Counted from the stretch's first letter, positions 1-9,327 are shown. The stretch: 64,000 nt of DNA from Candidatus Parcubacteria bacterium (GCA_963806325.1 CAWDXL010000002.1:64250-128249); one strand, 5' to 3'. Made by a program: numbers and translations. Notes: generated by a model from the letters alone, not told the origin.

Positions 1-1
1 C

Positions 2-172
2 GAAACCTTCACCTGGTTCCCCGAGGATCGCTTCCCCGACGACTTGGTTGCGCTCGGCTATTGGGGTCCGGGCAACCGCGTGGTCGGGTTCAGCCGGGGC
101 CGCTCGGGCCTTCGGTATCCGTCTGGTGGGGCTCGTGTGGCAATGTCTGTTCCCCTTGCTCTTGTTCCTTAA
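2..172 (+). CDS. 3' end of DGR target gene (variable C-terminal, C-type-lectin/FGE-like region); the gene body lies upstream of the window
   Basis: Frame 2 is open from the window edge to TAA 170-172. It translates as ...ETFTWFPEDRFPDDLVALGYWGPGNRVVGFSRGRSGLRYPSGGARVAMSVPLALVP*. It contains the VR. The track ORF 48..251 is in a different frame. Confidence 0.7.
   Translation, partial: ETFTWFPEDRFPDDLVALGYWGPGNRVVGFSRGRSGLRYPSGGARVAMSVPLALVP
31..148 (+). repeat. DGR variable repeat (VR)
   Basis: Aligns colinearly with 410-527 (offset 379). By manual alignment there are 26 mismatches, and 25 of them fall where the TR has adenine. Confidence 0.85.
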
Positions 173-194
173 ACCTTGTTCCCTTCGGGGACGT

Positions 195-220
195 AGCGGA
201 GATTCATTTCGATCTCCGCT
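195..220 (+). terminator. Stem-loop downstream of the VR/target stop (terminator and/or DGR-associated hairpin)
   Basis: agcggagat (195-203) pairs with atctccgct (212-220) around an 8-nt loop, followed by a T-rich stretch. Confidence 0.4.
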
Positions 221-409
221 ATTTTCGTATATACTTCTGATACGGTTGTGAAATTGATTGTGCAAATGTGCAATAACAGTTTGCCGTGAACAAAGACATT
301 GCGTGTCTCATTTCATACTACGCACGATATACCACGTGCTAACTCAGGAAATGGCAGAACAGCAACTCTTCTGTTTCTGGTGACATGGACGAAGTGAGAC
401 ACTAACACG

Positions 410-527
410 CTTCCCCGACGACAAGGTTGCGAACGGCAATTGGAATCCGGACAACCGCAAGGTCAGGTTCAACCGGAACAACTCGGACAATCGGAATCCG
501 AACGGTGGAGCTCGTGTGGAAATATCT
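410..527 (+). repeat. DGR template repeat (TR)
   Basis: Adenine-rich copy of the VR. In the target frame it reads FPDDKVANGNWNPDNRKVRFNRNNSDNRNPNGGARV, with the AAC/AAT codon richness typical of TRs. Confidence 0.85.
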
Positions 528-539
528 CGCAGAGGGCTT

Positions 540-887
540 TCATGATGGAAGCTCTTTTTGCGCTATGTAGCTGATCCAACCATTCGTCATTTTAGAAATT
601 TCTACAATTTGCCCTCCAAGCCGCAGATATGTTTTGGAATCTATAATGCCTAGTTCGTGCTCTGTCCGAACAAGGTGTTTGAGCACTTCTATTTTAATGC
701 GTAGTATTTCAAGCGGAATTTTCTTCTGGTATCGTGGTTTAAATGCAGACTCTACCGCAAGTGACAATACTTCTATACATAGCGTCTCTATAGTTGCATG
801 TATGCCAAGTTTGTCTCTTTTTGAAAACGTGCCACTCGTGCCGTAAATATCTTTATGCAGTATTCTTATGGCATGAATAACGGGCAA
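540..887 (-). CDS. avd: Avd-like four-helix-bundle protein (23S rRNA intervening-sequence protein family)
   Basis: 115 aa. The C-terminal ...KTYLRLGGQIVEISKMTNGWISY matches the four-helix-bundle/Avd pattern. It sits between the TR and the RT but on the opposite strand. Confidence 0.6.
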   Translation of the reverse strand: MPVIHAIRILHKDIYGTSGTFSKRDKLGIHATIETLCIEVLSLAVESAFKPRYQKKIPLEILRIKIEVLKHLVRTEHELGIIDSKTYLRLGGQIVEISKMTNGWISYIAQKELPS

Positions 888-1014
888 AGTCGCATCGGGG
901 GGGGGGCGTCATACTTGTCATTTTTATGGTGTAATATCTGTTGAGAATTTACTAGCTGCCTGGAAAGAATTTAGGAAAGGAAAGAGATCAAAAGCCGATG
1001 TTGCCGAATTTGAG

Positions 1015-1923
1015 ATGAATCTGGAGAATAATCTATTTGATTTACACCACCGTCTCGTCTCGGGAACGTGGAAGCCTGATCCGTATGAGGCATTTTTTGT
1101 CCACGATCCGAAACTGCGAAAAATCCACAAAGCGACGGTTCGAGACAGGGTACTCTACCAGGCAGTGTACCGTGCATTGTATCAGATATTTGACTCGGGC
1201 TTTATTCACTACTCATTTTCTTCCCGCAATCGCAAGGGGACGCATGCAGGAATGATGGCGCTCGAACACTATATCAGAAAAGTCAGTAATAATTACCGCC
1301 AGTCTGGGTACGTGCTTAAATGCGACATCAGAAAATTCTTTGATTCTATAGACCAGGATATTCTCCTTGGTCTCATACGGAAGAAAATAACCGACACCGA
1401 TCTTATTCTGCTGATACAGAAAATTATTGTTTCTTTCTCAACAGTGCCTGGCAAAGGACTGCCGCTCGGCAACGTCACGAGCCAGCTTTTCGCCAACATC
1501 TACATGAATGAGCTTGACCAGTATGTGAAGCGTGAACTTAAAGCCAAATACTATGTGCGCTACTGCGATGATTTTGCGATAGTTTCGGATTCAATACAGT
1601 ATCTTGAAAAATGCATTGAAGATATGAAATGCTTTTGTACAACAAAACTTCTTCTTGATCTTCATCCGCACAAAATTGTTTTAAGAAAGATTCATCAAGG
1701 AATGGATTTTTTGGGTTATGTCATGTTGCCTCATAGACGTGTATTGCGTACTCATACAAAGGTGAGGCTACTCAAAAAACTGACTGATCTAAAAACAGCT
1801 GTTGAAAAGAGAACTGCTGAGCAAGAATTTCTAGAACAATCAGTGCAGTCCTACCTTGGCATGTTATCTCACTGCAAAGGCGAAAAAATCAAGACGCAGA
1901 TTGAGCGGGTGTTTTGGGATTGA
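1015..1923 (+). CDS. DGR reverse transcriptase; the true N-terminus probably extends upstream to about 873-907
   Basis: Carries the motifs LPLGNVTSQLFANIYMNELD and YVRYCDDF. The in-frame upstream sequence RHTCHFYGVISVENLLAAWKEFRKGKR is the conserved RT N-terminus but has no canonical start in the current frame. Confidence 0.9.
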   Translation: MNLENNLFDLHHRLVSGTWKPDPYEAFFVHDPKLRKIHKATVRDRVLYQAVYRALYQIFDSGFIHYSFSSRNRKGTHAGMMALEHYIRKVSNNYRQSGYVLKCDIRKFFDSIDQDILLGLIRKKITDTDLILLIQKIIVSFSTVPGKGLPLGNVTSQLFANIYMNELDQYVKRELKAKYYVRYCDDFAIVSDSIQYLEKCIEDMKCFCTTKLLLDLHPHKIVLRKIHQGMDFLGYVMLPHRRVLRTHTKVRLLKKLTDLKTAVEKRTAEQEFLEQSVQSYLGMLSHCKGEKIKTQIERVFWD

Positions 1924-1978
1924 TGGAGAGGAAGAGTACCGTAAGCGAAAAATAAATCTGTTATAGGAAAATCAGATT

Positions 1979-2180
1979 TTAGCTGGCCTTAGCCATATCC
2001 TTATATTTCTCAACTACTGATCTCTGTTCCTCAGTGGCTTCTTTTAATACCTGTTTAATAACCTTGGTTTTTTCTTTTGCTTTTGCATTCAAAAAGAAGT
2101 CAGAAAAGTCGTCTTTTTTCTAGATCAGTCACAGGAATAGTCGGTGTTTTACCAGTGATTTTCTTAATAAATTCAATCAT
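1979..2180 (-). pseudogene. Small hypothetical ORF interrupted at a T6/A6 run
   Basis: MIEFIKKITGKTPTIPVTDLEK.. continues in another frame as DFSDFFLNAKAKEKTKVIKQVLKEATEEQRSVVEKYKDMAKAS*. The shift is near 2114-2119. Confidence 0.35.
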
Positions 2181-2315
2181 ATGAGTAATGTTTTTAAATC
2201 ATCTTCAGTATAGGTCTTGCCCGTATACCGGTCAAGCTCTGCAGCCTGTATATTCAGGTGAAGCTTATTGTCGGTATTATCAATGTTCTTTACGAGTAAA
2301 TTGAGCTCAATGGTG

Positions 2316-2387
2316 CTCCCCCGGCAAGATTCGAACTTGCGACCAATCGCTTAACAGGCGACTGCTCTACCGCTGAGCTACAGGGGA
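2316..2387 (-). tRNA. tRNA-Asn (GTT)
   Basis: A manual cloverleaf fits: acceptor TCCCCTG/CGGGGGA, D arm GCTC/GAGC, anticodon loop CTGTTAA, T arm GCAAG-TTCGAAT-CTTGC and discriminator G. Confidence 0.9.
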
Positions 2388-2595
2388 ATGTTTTTCTATT
2401 TCCATACTCACTCTTACCTTTGTCTATGACAGACTTTGGCGAGGCAAGCAGGATAGGGATATACTAACAAAAAAAACGAGTTTGTAAACCTCCTGGCTGT
2501 GTTTTTGTTTTGTTCATGTCACGCCGGGCTTGAGCTATCTCAGCATGCAGGCTATACTTAAGGACAGTTGGTCAGAATATAATTTCTAAACACTT

Positions 2596-2982
2596 ATGAA
2601 TCTCACTATCAAAAATGTGAATGGCGGAACTGATGCAAATGTGCGGGCATACCTTGAAAAGAAGCTTGAGACATTATCGAGGATTGTAAATTTGAATGAT
2701 TCGGATGTGGTGGTGAAAGCAGAGCTTGGGAAGACGACCGAACATCATAAGACGGGAGATATTTATAAAGCTGAAGTAATCATTGAATCTAATGGACGCA
2801 CATATATCGCTACTGCTATTGCTGAAACCATTAACGCGGCTATTGATGCTGTAAAAGACGACCTTGCGCGCGAAATTAAAGCTGGAAAAGAAAAATCAAT
2901 TACGACAAACAGGAAAGGAGATGCTGATATAAAAAATAAGATAAAAAGCTCCGAGGGGTCTGATGAATCTGATGAGGATTAG
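2596..2982 (+). CDS. hpf: Ribosome hibernation promoting factor / RaiA family
   Basis: 128 aa with the S30AE/YfiA-like pattern (LTIKNVNG...VRAYLEKKL...HHKTGDIYKAEVII...AIDAVKDDLAREI). Confidence 0.8.
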   Translation: MNLTIKNVNGGTDANVRAYLEKKLETLSRIVNLNDSDVVVKAELGKTTEHHKTGDIYKAEVIIESNGRTYIATAIAETINAAIDAVKDDLAREIKAGKEKSITTNRKGDADIKNKIKSSEGSDESDED

Positions 2983-3839
2983 AGCGAGCGCTTAAAATCT
3001 TCGTACGACATGTCTTTTTTGCCTTCAGGAATCACTCTGGTAATTTCCAGAGTGTTTTCTTGTTCATTAAATCGCGCATCAGCAATGATGACGCGGACTT
3101 TTACATTATGTTTATCAACGAACAAGAATGTACGAGGCCATTCGCGATATGCCTGGATTTTCAAAAAATTTTGGTATGGATCTGCAGAAAGATCAATCTC
3201 ACCATCTTTTTTCTCTATTTTTTTTGTGTAGGTTGCCTGTGAATGGTCTTGTTCTGTGGCTTTAATATTTCCCGAGAGCCACTCAGGAATAATTTTTACA
3301 AGAAGATCTGCGCCGGCTCGGACAAGATTTTTTCCAAGTTCTGGCGCGGTCGGCGGCCACGGCTGCATTGATACTTCTTGCTGGGCAACAATCGGACCGT
3401 GATCCATTTCGGCATCTACCTGCATGATGGTGACGCCTGTATTTTTTTTATCCTGAAGAATTGCGGTTTCAATTGGCGAAGCACCGCGAAGTTTTGGGAG
3501 AAGGGAAGCATGCAGATTGAGCAATCCAGTTTTTGGCACATCAATAATTTCTTGAGGAATGATTTTGCCATACGCTACGACAATACCACCATCAAAATTT
3601 GAACTTTTTAGTTCAGCAAGAAGCGCCGGATCTTTTAATTTTTCAGGCTGAATAAACGGAAGATTGTGCGATTGTGCGAACACCTTTACGGGCGGTGGCG
3701 TGAGCACAAGGTGCTTGCCTGCTGGCTTATCGGGTGTCGTTACTATAAGCGCCGGCGTAAAGCCTGAGGCAATGAGTGTCTGTAAAACCATGACGGAATA
3801 ATCCGATGTGCCGAAAAAAATGAGATTGCATTTTTTCAT
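2979..3839 (-). CDS. fmt: Methionyl-tRNA formyltransferase
   Basis: 286 aa. Has the LNLHASLLPKLRGASPI motif and lies in def-fmt synteny. Confidence 0.9.
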   Translation of the reverse strand: MKKCNLIFFGTSDYSVMVLQTLIASGFTPALIVTTPDKPAGKHLVLTPPPVKVFAQSHNLPFIQPEKLKDPALLAELKSSNFDGGIVVAYGKIIPQEIIDVPKTGLLNLHASLLPKLRGASPIETAILQDKKNTGVTIMQVDAEMDHGPIVAQQEVSMQPWPPTAPELGKNLVRAGADLLVKIIPEWLSGNIKATEQDHSQATYTKKIEKKDGEIDLSADPYQNFLKIQAYREWPRTFLFVDKHNVKVRVIIADARFNEQENTLEITRVIPEGKKDMSYEDFKRSL

Positions 3840-3842
3840 GAG

Positions 3843-4394
3843 TTATATTTTTTCTTGAGCTTCATGTGATACCGGCTCAGGAGTCGATTCTTCGATGTTT
3901 TCTGCCGAGTCGACAAAAAGAATGCCGTTGAGGTGATCAATTTCGTGCTGAAAAATTTGGGCGAGAAGGCCTGACGCACCGCGGACAAAATGAACGCCAT
4001 GCTCATCAAGTGCCTCAATCGTCACACGCGTCGATCGGCGCACGTCGCCATAGAGCCAGCGTACTGATAGGCAGCCCTCGGTCATTTTCTTTTTATCTTT
4101 AGAAATTTTTGTAATGACTGGATTGATGCATACAAGATCGTCGGGTATCGTATCGCTTGGCTGTATCTCGATATCAGGATAATTTTTCAAGAAAACTTTT
4201 CCTGAGACGACAAAAATACGGAGCGGTTCGGCAATTTGCGGCGCTGCAATCGCGACGGCATCATCCTGCTCGGCGATTGCCTGCTTCATACGGGTAATGA
4301 TACGTTGGATTTTTTTTGAGCTGATTTCTTCGGGTTTTACCGGGTGTGCAATCGTGCGCAGCGCGGGATGGCCTTTTTGGACAATGTCTATCAT
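3843..4394 (-). CDS. def: Peptide deformylase
   Basis: 183 aa with the EGCLS and HEIDHLNG motifs. Confidence 0.9.
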   Translation of the reverse strand: MIDIVQKGHPALRTIAHPVKPEEISSKKIQRIITRMKQAIAEQDDAVAIAAPQIAEPLRIFVVSGKVFLKNYPDIEIQPSDTIPDDLVCINPVITKISKDKKKMTEGCLSVRWLYGDVRRSTRVTIEALDEHGVHFVRGASGLLAQIFQHEIDHLNGILFVDSAENIEESTPEPVSHEAQEKI

Positions 4395-4433
4395 AGTGCT
4401 ACTTTACCCGAATTTCGTCTTAAAATAAAGCGT

Positions 4434-6337
4434 CTACAGCAGACTCTCAGGATCAATGTTGATGCTCATATTGTGCGGTAATGACCGAAGATCGGCAAGG
4501 AGGGTCTTATCAACCCAATTTTTACGCTCTATTTTTATAAGTGCATGCATTACAAGTTTGTTATTGACGAGCTCAATAAACGCCGGGAATACCAACGGAT
4601 TGTAATTTTTAAGTGATGCTTCAATGATCTTAATATCCTCGGCTATGGCATCGCGGGAGTTGTTGGCTGTTATTTTTATCAGCATACTGAAGGGTGGGTA
4701 CTCAAGTTTTTTCCGTTCCTCAATTTCTTCGCGGTAAAAGTCCATAAGATTTCCTTTTGCTGCATAGTCGAATACATGGCTTGTACGCGAACGGGTTTGG
4801 ATGATAAAACGCCGCTTGGCAATGCCGCGGATGCGGAGCAAAATGCTCATGATTTTTTCATTGATGCGGAAGTCGGGGATTGAGAAAAAGAGAATCAATT
4901 GCGGCCACAGCTGCATTTTCAATCGGTCTTTCAAGATATCCAAGCGCCATCTCGGTGCCAAGAAGGATGCTGCCGGGAGATTCATAAAAAGCCTCAGCCA
5001 TCTCAAGAGCCTGTTTGTGCGTGCGTACAGAATCTTTGTCCATTTTAAAAATTTTCGTATCAGGAAACATGTGCTCCAGTGTCTCTGCGATAAGCTCAAT
5101 GCCGATGCCAAGCGTGGTGAGTCTCCAGCTGCCGCAGATTTTACAGCGTTCTTCGGCACTCCGGCGATCGCCGCAGCGATGACAGAGAAAAAAATTCTTT
5201 TTGCCCGCATGTAAAATTATTGGGGCGCCGCAGCGGTATGTTACGGTCGTACCGCAGTCTCCGCACACCGTCATTGGCGAAAGGCCGCGCCGGGCGGCAA
5301 AAATAAAGAGATGCCGGTTTTCCTGCTTATTTTCTCTCACAAGGTCTTCAAGCTCATCGCTCAATATTCTAAATTCGGGCGTTTCAAGGGTTTTATATCT
5401 TTTCATATCAATAATAATCGTTTCAGTTGTCGATATGGAACGGAACTTAAGCGGTGCAAATTCGGCCATTTCTGTGGATCGCGTGCGCCAGACTGTTTCG
5501 GTGCGCAACAAAACATCTCCAAACACAATCCGCGCGCCGAGCTTGCGGCACGTAGATCTCGGCAAACGTGCGCATGTCGACAAACGGCCGTGCGTGGCCC
5601 TTGAACCCATTTGAGTTTTCGTGCTCAATGACGATGGTGCCAATATCTCTGCGCGGAATACTTAAAAATGCACCGGTTGCAATAATAAGTACGGGATGTT
5701 CTTCCTGCAGTGCAGCATTCCACGTAGCAACAATGTCTTTTTTTGTGATTGATGCATTTAATACAAACGTGAATTTCTCGATGCCTTTTGGGAGCGCCTC
5801 AAAAATTCTTTTTGTATCTTGGATTGTTGGCAGACAGAAAAAAACAGATTTTTTGCGCGCAAATTGCTCGCGAATCAGGCTTTTATAATTACTGAAACGA
5901 TCCTCTCTCTCATCGGCCTGGAGAACATAGATTCGCTGTCACCCAGGTGTTCCGGCGTCTGTTCCGAGTCTGTACAGGCATCAGCTTGTCAGCAGATTCA
6001 AGAATAATTTTACTGGTAACTGCGGCAGAGATGCTGCCGGGCGTACCGGCAAAAAAGTCAGCGAGCCTCCTGCGCGGCGTTGATAAATTCTGGCAGAAAA
6101 ATTTGAGCCGGCTTCATTTTGCTGTCGGCTTTGCGAATGGCAAATGACGAATTTTTGAGTTCGGCTTTTGATTTTTCGGCCGGCCGTGAGCTTAAAACTA
6201 GTGCTGGTACGTGGCGATTGCGGAGAGGGAATGTGAATAATAAACCGGGCTGTACATCTACGGCTGAGAAATAGGAAAGCGAGAAGGATACCAATGCCGC
6301 GAGAAATAGGGGTGACATCAAGAATAACCATACCCAC
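4434..6337 (-). pseudogene. priA: Primosomal protein N' (PriA), interrupted by at least 5 frameshifts
   Basis: PriA-like segments are spread over three frames. They are VILDVTPISRGIG / LSYFSAVDVQPGLLFTFPLRNRHVPALV / DFFAGTPGSISAAV / YVLQADERE...IVIEHENSNGFK / Cys4 region CGDCG..CHRCG..CKICG / C-terminal YPPFSMLIKI... The gene is in priA-def-fmt synteny. Confidence 0.7.
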
Positions 6338-6377
6338 ATAATCGCAAAAAATGGCGTGAAATACAAACTTTTAGAAT

Positions 6378-6393
6378 GGGGTCAGGAGTCATT
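6378..6393. repeat. Left inverted repeat flanking the RAYT gene
   Basis: ggggtcaggagtcatt. Its reverse complement matches 7104-7119 at 15 of 16 positions. Confidence 0.6.
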
Positions 6394-6434
6394 ATTGAAA
6401 ATTTATCTTTTCTTCATCTCTCATTTCGTATGAT

Positions 6435-7115
6435 ATGGAGATGCCCAGAAATCCAAGGGTTGATTTAAAGAATTATGTTTATCATATAATAAATAGAGCC
6501 AATGCTCGTGTTTGTATTTTTGAGTACAATGAAGATTATGAGCTTTTTGAAAAAACATTGGCTGAAGCAAAAATTCGGTGGAATGTGAAGATTTTTGCAT
6601 ATATAATCATGCCCAATCATTTCCATATAGTTCTTTCTCCTGTGGAGGATGGCAATGTTGCAAAATTCATGCATTTTTTCACCATGACATTTACCCAGCG
6701 TTGGCATGCGAGGAATAATTCGATCGGTACAGGACATCTTTTTCAGGGGAGATATAAATCTTTTATTGTTCAAAACAGCACTTATTTGCTCCAGCTTTTA
6801 TTGTATGTCGAACGTAATGCTTTGCGCGCGGCACTGGTTGATAGAGCGGAAGATTGGCGTTGGTCGAGTTTATGGATAAGAATTTATGGTGATGATGCTC
6901 AAAAAAAGACGCTATCCGAATGGCCGTTTGAAAGACCCGGCGAGTACTTGCGGTTGGTCAATGGGGAAGTTTTGTGTAAAAGCAATGATGAAATCAAAAT
7001 CTCGATTCTGAAGAATATTCCGTTAGGGTTTCCGGAGTGGAAAGCCAAAATAATACAGAGGCATAAATTACACTCAGTCCTCCGTTCACCCGGTCGTCCA
7101 AAGAATGGCTCCTGA
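6435..7115 (+). CDS. REP-associated tyrosine transposase (RAYT, IS200/Y1-like)
   Basis: 226 aa with the HUH motif (MPNHFHIVL), GRYKS, and the YVERNALRA tyrosine helix. Confidence 0.8.
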   Translation: MEMPRNPRVDLKNYVYHIINRANARVCIFEYNEDYELFEKTLAEAKIRWNVKIFAYIIMPNHFHIVLSPVEDGNVAKFMHFFTMTFTQRWHARNNSIGTGHLFQGRYKSFIVQNSTYLLQLLLYVERNALRAALVDRAEDWRWSSLWIRIYGDDAQKKTLSEWPFERPGEYLRLVNGEVLCKSNDEIKISILKNIPLGFPEWKAKIIQRHKLHSVLRSPGRPKNGS

Positions 7116-7119
7116 CCCC
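7104..7119. repeat. Right inverted repeat flanking the RAYT gene (overlaps its stop codon)
   Basis: aatggctcctgacccc is the reverse complement of ggggtcaggagccatt. Confidence 0.6.
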
Positions 7120-7138
7120 GTTTCCACAAGCTTTCCCT

Positions 7139-7771
7139 TTACCAGCTTGTACTGAATTGTTTTTCTATCGTGGGCTTCCATTCATAGTGTGGCAGTGTTT
7201 GCATGTCATGGTCGGAAACCGTAAGAAGGCTAATAGAAAGAATTCCGTGGTGTATTGAGAGAGATTCTATTTCATCGTCAATTGTGCCAGGCAATGGCAG
7301 CGTGGCATCAATTTGGTGCAGTATGCCGTCTTCGTCGGAAAAAACAAAGATGACTGGTCTGATAATATTTGCGCCATATGCTTGGTAAAGGGCGATAGCT
7401 CCTTCCGGAACATTGTCGCCGTTTAAATCACCGATGGTGGTTGTGGCAAGTGTATAATTGCTAGGGCCGGTATTTGCTGAAGCGGCGATTGTTGCCTGAC
7501 CGTTGATGAGATTGATAATATCGTTTTCCGACGCGTTGTACGGATTGGGGTATGAAAGTGTCGCGTTTTCAAGAGCTTCAGGAAATGTTTCTGCCGGCCG
7601 ACCTGAATTTTGCTGTTCCTCGTCCTGATCTTGGAGGTTGGGTCTGAGGCTGGCTCCTTGTCTTACGTACACATAGCTGATAGCAATGATCAGTAAAATT
7701 ATAACTGTCAATAACGTTGTGACGATTATCGTTCCTGGTCTGTTGTTTTTCATTGTAGTGTTAAAACTCAC
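7139..7771 (-). CDS. Hypothetical membrane-anchored protein
   Basis: 210-aa ORF with an N-terminal TM helix (IIVTTLLTVIILLIIAISYVYV). I recognise no family. Confidence 0.5.
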   Translation of the reverse strand: MSFNTTMKNNRPGTIIVTTLLTVIILLIIAISYVYVRQGASLRPNLQDQDEEQQNSGRPAETFPEALENATLSYPNPYNASENDIINLINGQATIAASANTGPSNYTLATTTIGDLNGDNVPEGAIALYQAYGANIIRPVIFVFSDEDGILHQIDATLPLPGTIDDEIESLSIHHGILSISLLTVSDHDMQTLPHYEWKPTIEKQFSTSW

Positions 7772-9327
7772 GCAGAATGCTCACATGCGCACCGAGGCTG
7801 GTGAGGCGATTTACTAAATCTTCATAGCCTCTATTAATAGAGTAAATATTTCGGAGAATTGACGTACCTTCGGCCGCAAGCATGCCTATCAAGAGTATTG
7901 CAGCAGGCCGAAGTGCTGGCGGACAGATAACCTCAGCTGCCTTCGAGCTTGGTCGGGCCGGTAATATACAAACGATGAGGGTCAACAAGATTAACATTGG
8001 CGCCGAGCTTGTCGATGTCTTTTGTATAGATGGCTCGCTTTTCGTATGGCCAGTCGTGCAGGAGCGTTGTGCCTTTTGCTTGAGAAGCGATAATGGCGAA
8101 GAATGGAAGGTTGTCCATATTGAGGCCGGGATACACGCTCGGATGAATTTTTTCCTCAAGCGCAACAAGCTTTGAGGGAGATGTTTTTATGTCGACAAGA
8201 TTTGTCCGGCCATTTAGTGATTTGTAGACTTTTGATTTTTTATATTTGAAGCCCATTTTTTCAAGCTTCAAAAGCTCAAGCTCAAGAAAATCAATCGGGC
8301 AGCGCTTAATGGTAAGAGATGAGGAGGTGACGATGGCTGCAGCGAGGAAAAACATTGTTTCAATCGGGTCTTCCGAAAGATAATAGGTGATTGGCTCATC
8401 AATGCTTTTAATGCCATGAACAGTGAGTGTGGTCGTGCCGATACCGTCGATTTTGACTCCGCATGCCTCTAAAAAGAAGCAGAGTTCCTGGACCATATAA
8501 TTTGCTGAGGCGTATTTTATGACTGTCGTGCCCGGAATAAGAGCGGCTGCCATGAGTGTGTTTTCAGTGCAGGTGTCGCCTGATTCGTAGAGTACGATTT
8601 CATTTGGATGCAAATCAGGTGCTTTTATGACGTACTTTTTTTCTTGAGTTTCTATTTCAACACCGAGCTTTTCAAGCGCGTAGAGGTGGGGCTTCAGTGT
8701 GCGCGAACCGAGCTTGCAGCCGCCCGGCTGAGGCAAATTAAATTTTTTGAATTGATGAATGAGCGGGCCGATAAGCATGACAATGGAGCGGGTTTTTTCC
8801 GCCGCAGTTACGTTAAGCGTTTTCAGATTTATTTTCTCGGAAGGTTTGATTTCAAGATCATTGTCGTTCCATTTGACATTTACGCCAATTGATTCAAGTA
8901 CCTCAACCATTCTGTTGACCTCCTCTATTTTTGGAACATTTTTGAGCGTTGTCTTATTTTTATTTAAAAGAGAAGCAGCCAAAAGACCCATGGCGCCGTT
9001 TTTGGAAGTCTTTGTGGCGATATCGCCGGACAATTTGTATCCGCCTTCGATTTTTATATTAATCGCTCCTTTTGAAAGATGAACGATATCGCGATTGAGC
9101 GCCTCGCTGATTTTTGAAAGCGTTTCAGTAGAAAGATTCTGCTCGCCGCGCTCGATGCGGGCGATGGTGCTCTGAGTAGTTGTAAGTTTTTCAGCAAATT
9201 CCTGCTGGGTGATGCCGCGCTCCTGGCGGAGGGAAGCGATCAGATTGCCGATTTGGACAAGGTGGCTGTCAATCGGCGTTTTCTCGATTTTCAATTCCTC
9301 ATCTTTTTTGATTGGTGTGCTTGGCAT
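7761..9327 (-). CDS. murA: HTH(XRE)-fused UDP-N-acetylglucosamine 1-carboxyvinyltransferase (MurA-like); one frameshift near 7935
   Basis: The N-terminus has an XRE HTH (ITQQEFAEKLTTTQSTIARIERGEQN). The MurA core has PGGCKLGSRT with the catalytic Cys. The C-terminus LLIGMLAAEGTSILRNIYSINRGYEDLVNRLTSLGA continues in another frame (track ORF 7761..8168). Confidence 0.75.

Noticed and set aside
48-251. Track ORF (67 aa) covering the VR region.
   Set aside because: It is in the wrong frame. Frame 2 (2-172) gives the DGR-typical FPDD...GARV peptide and matches the TR codon structure.
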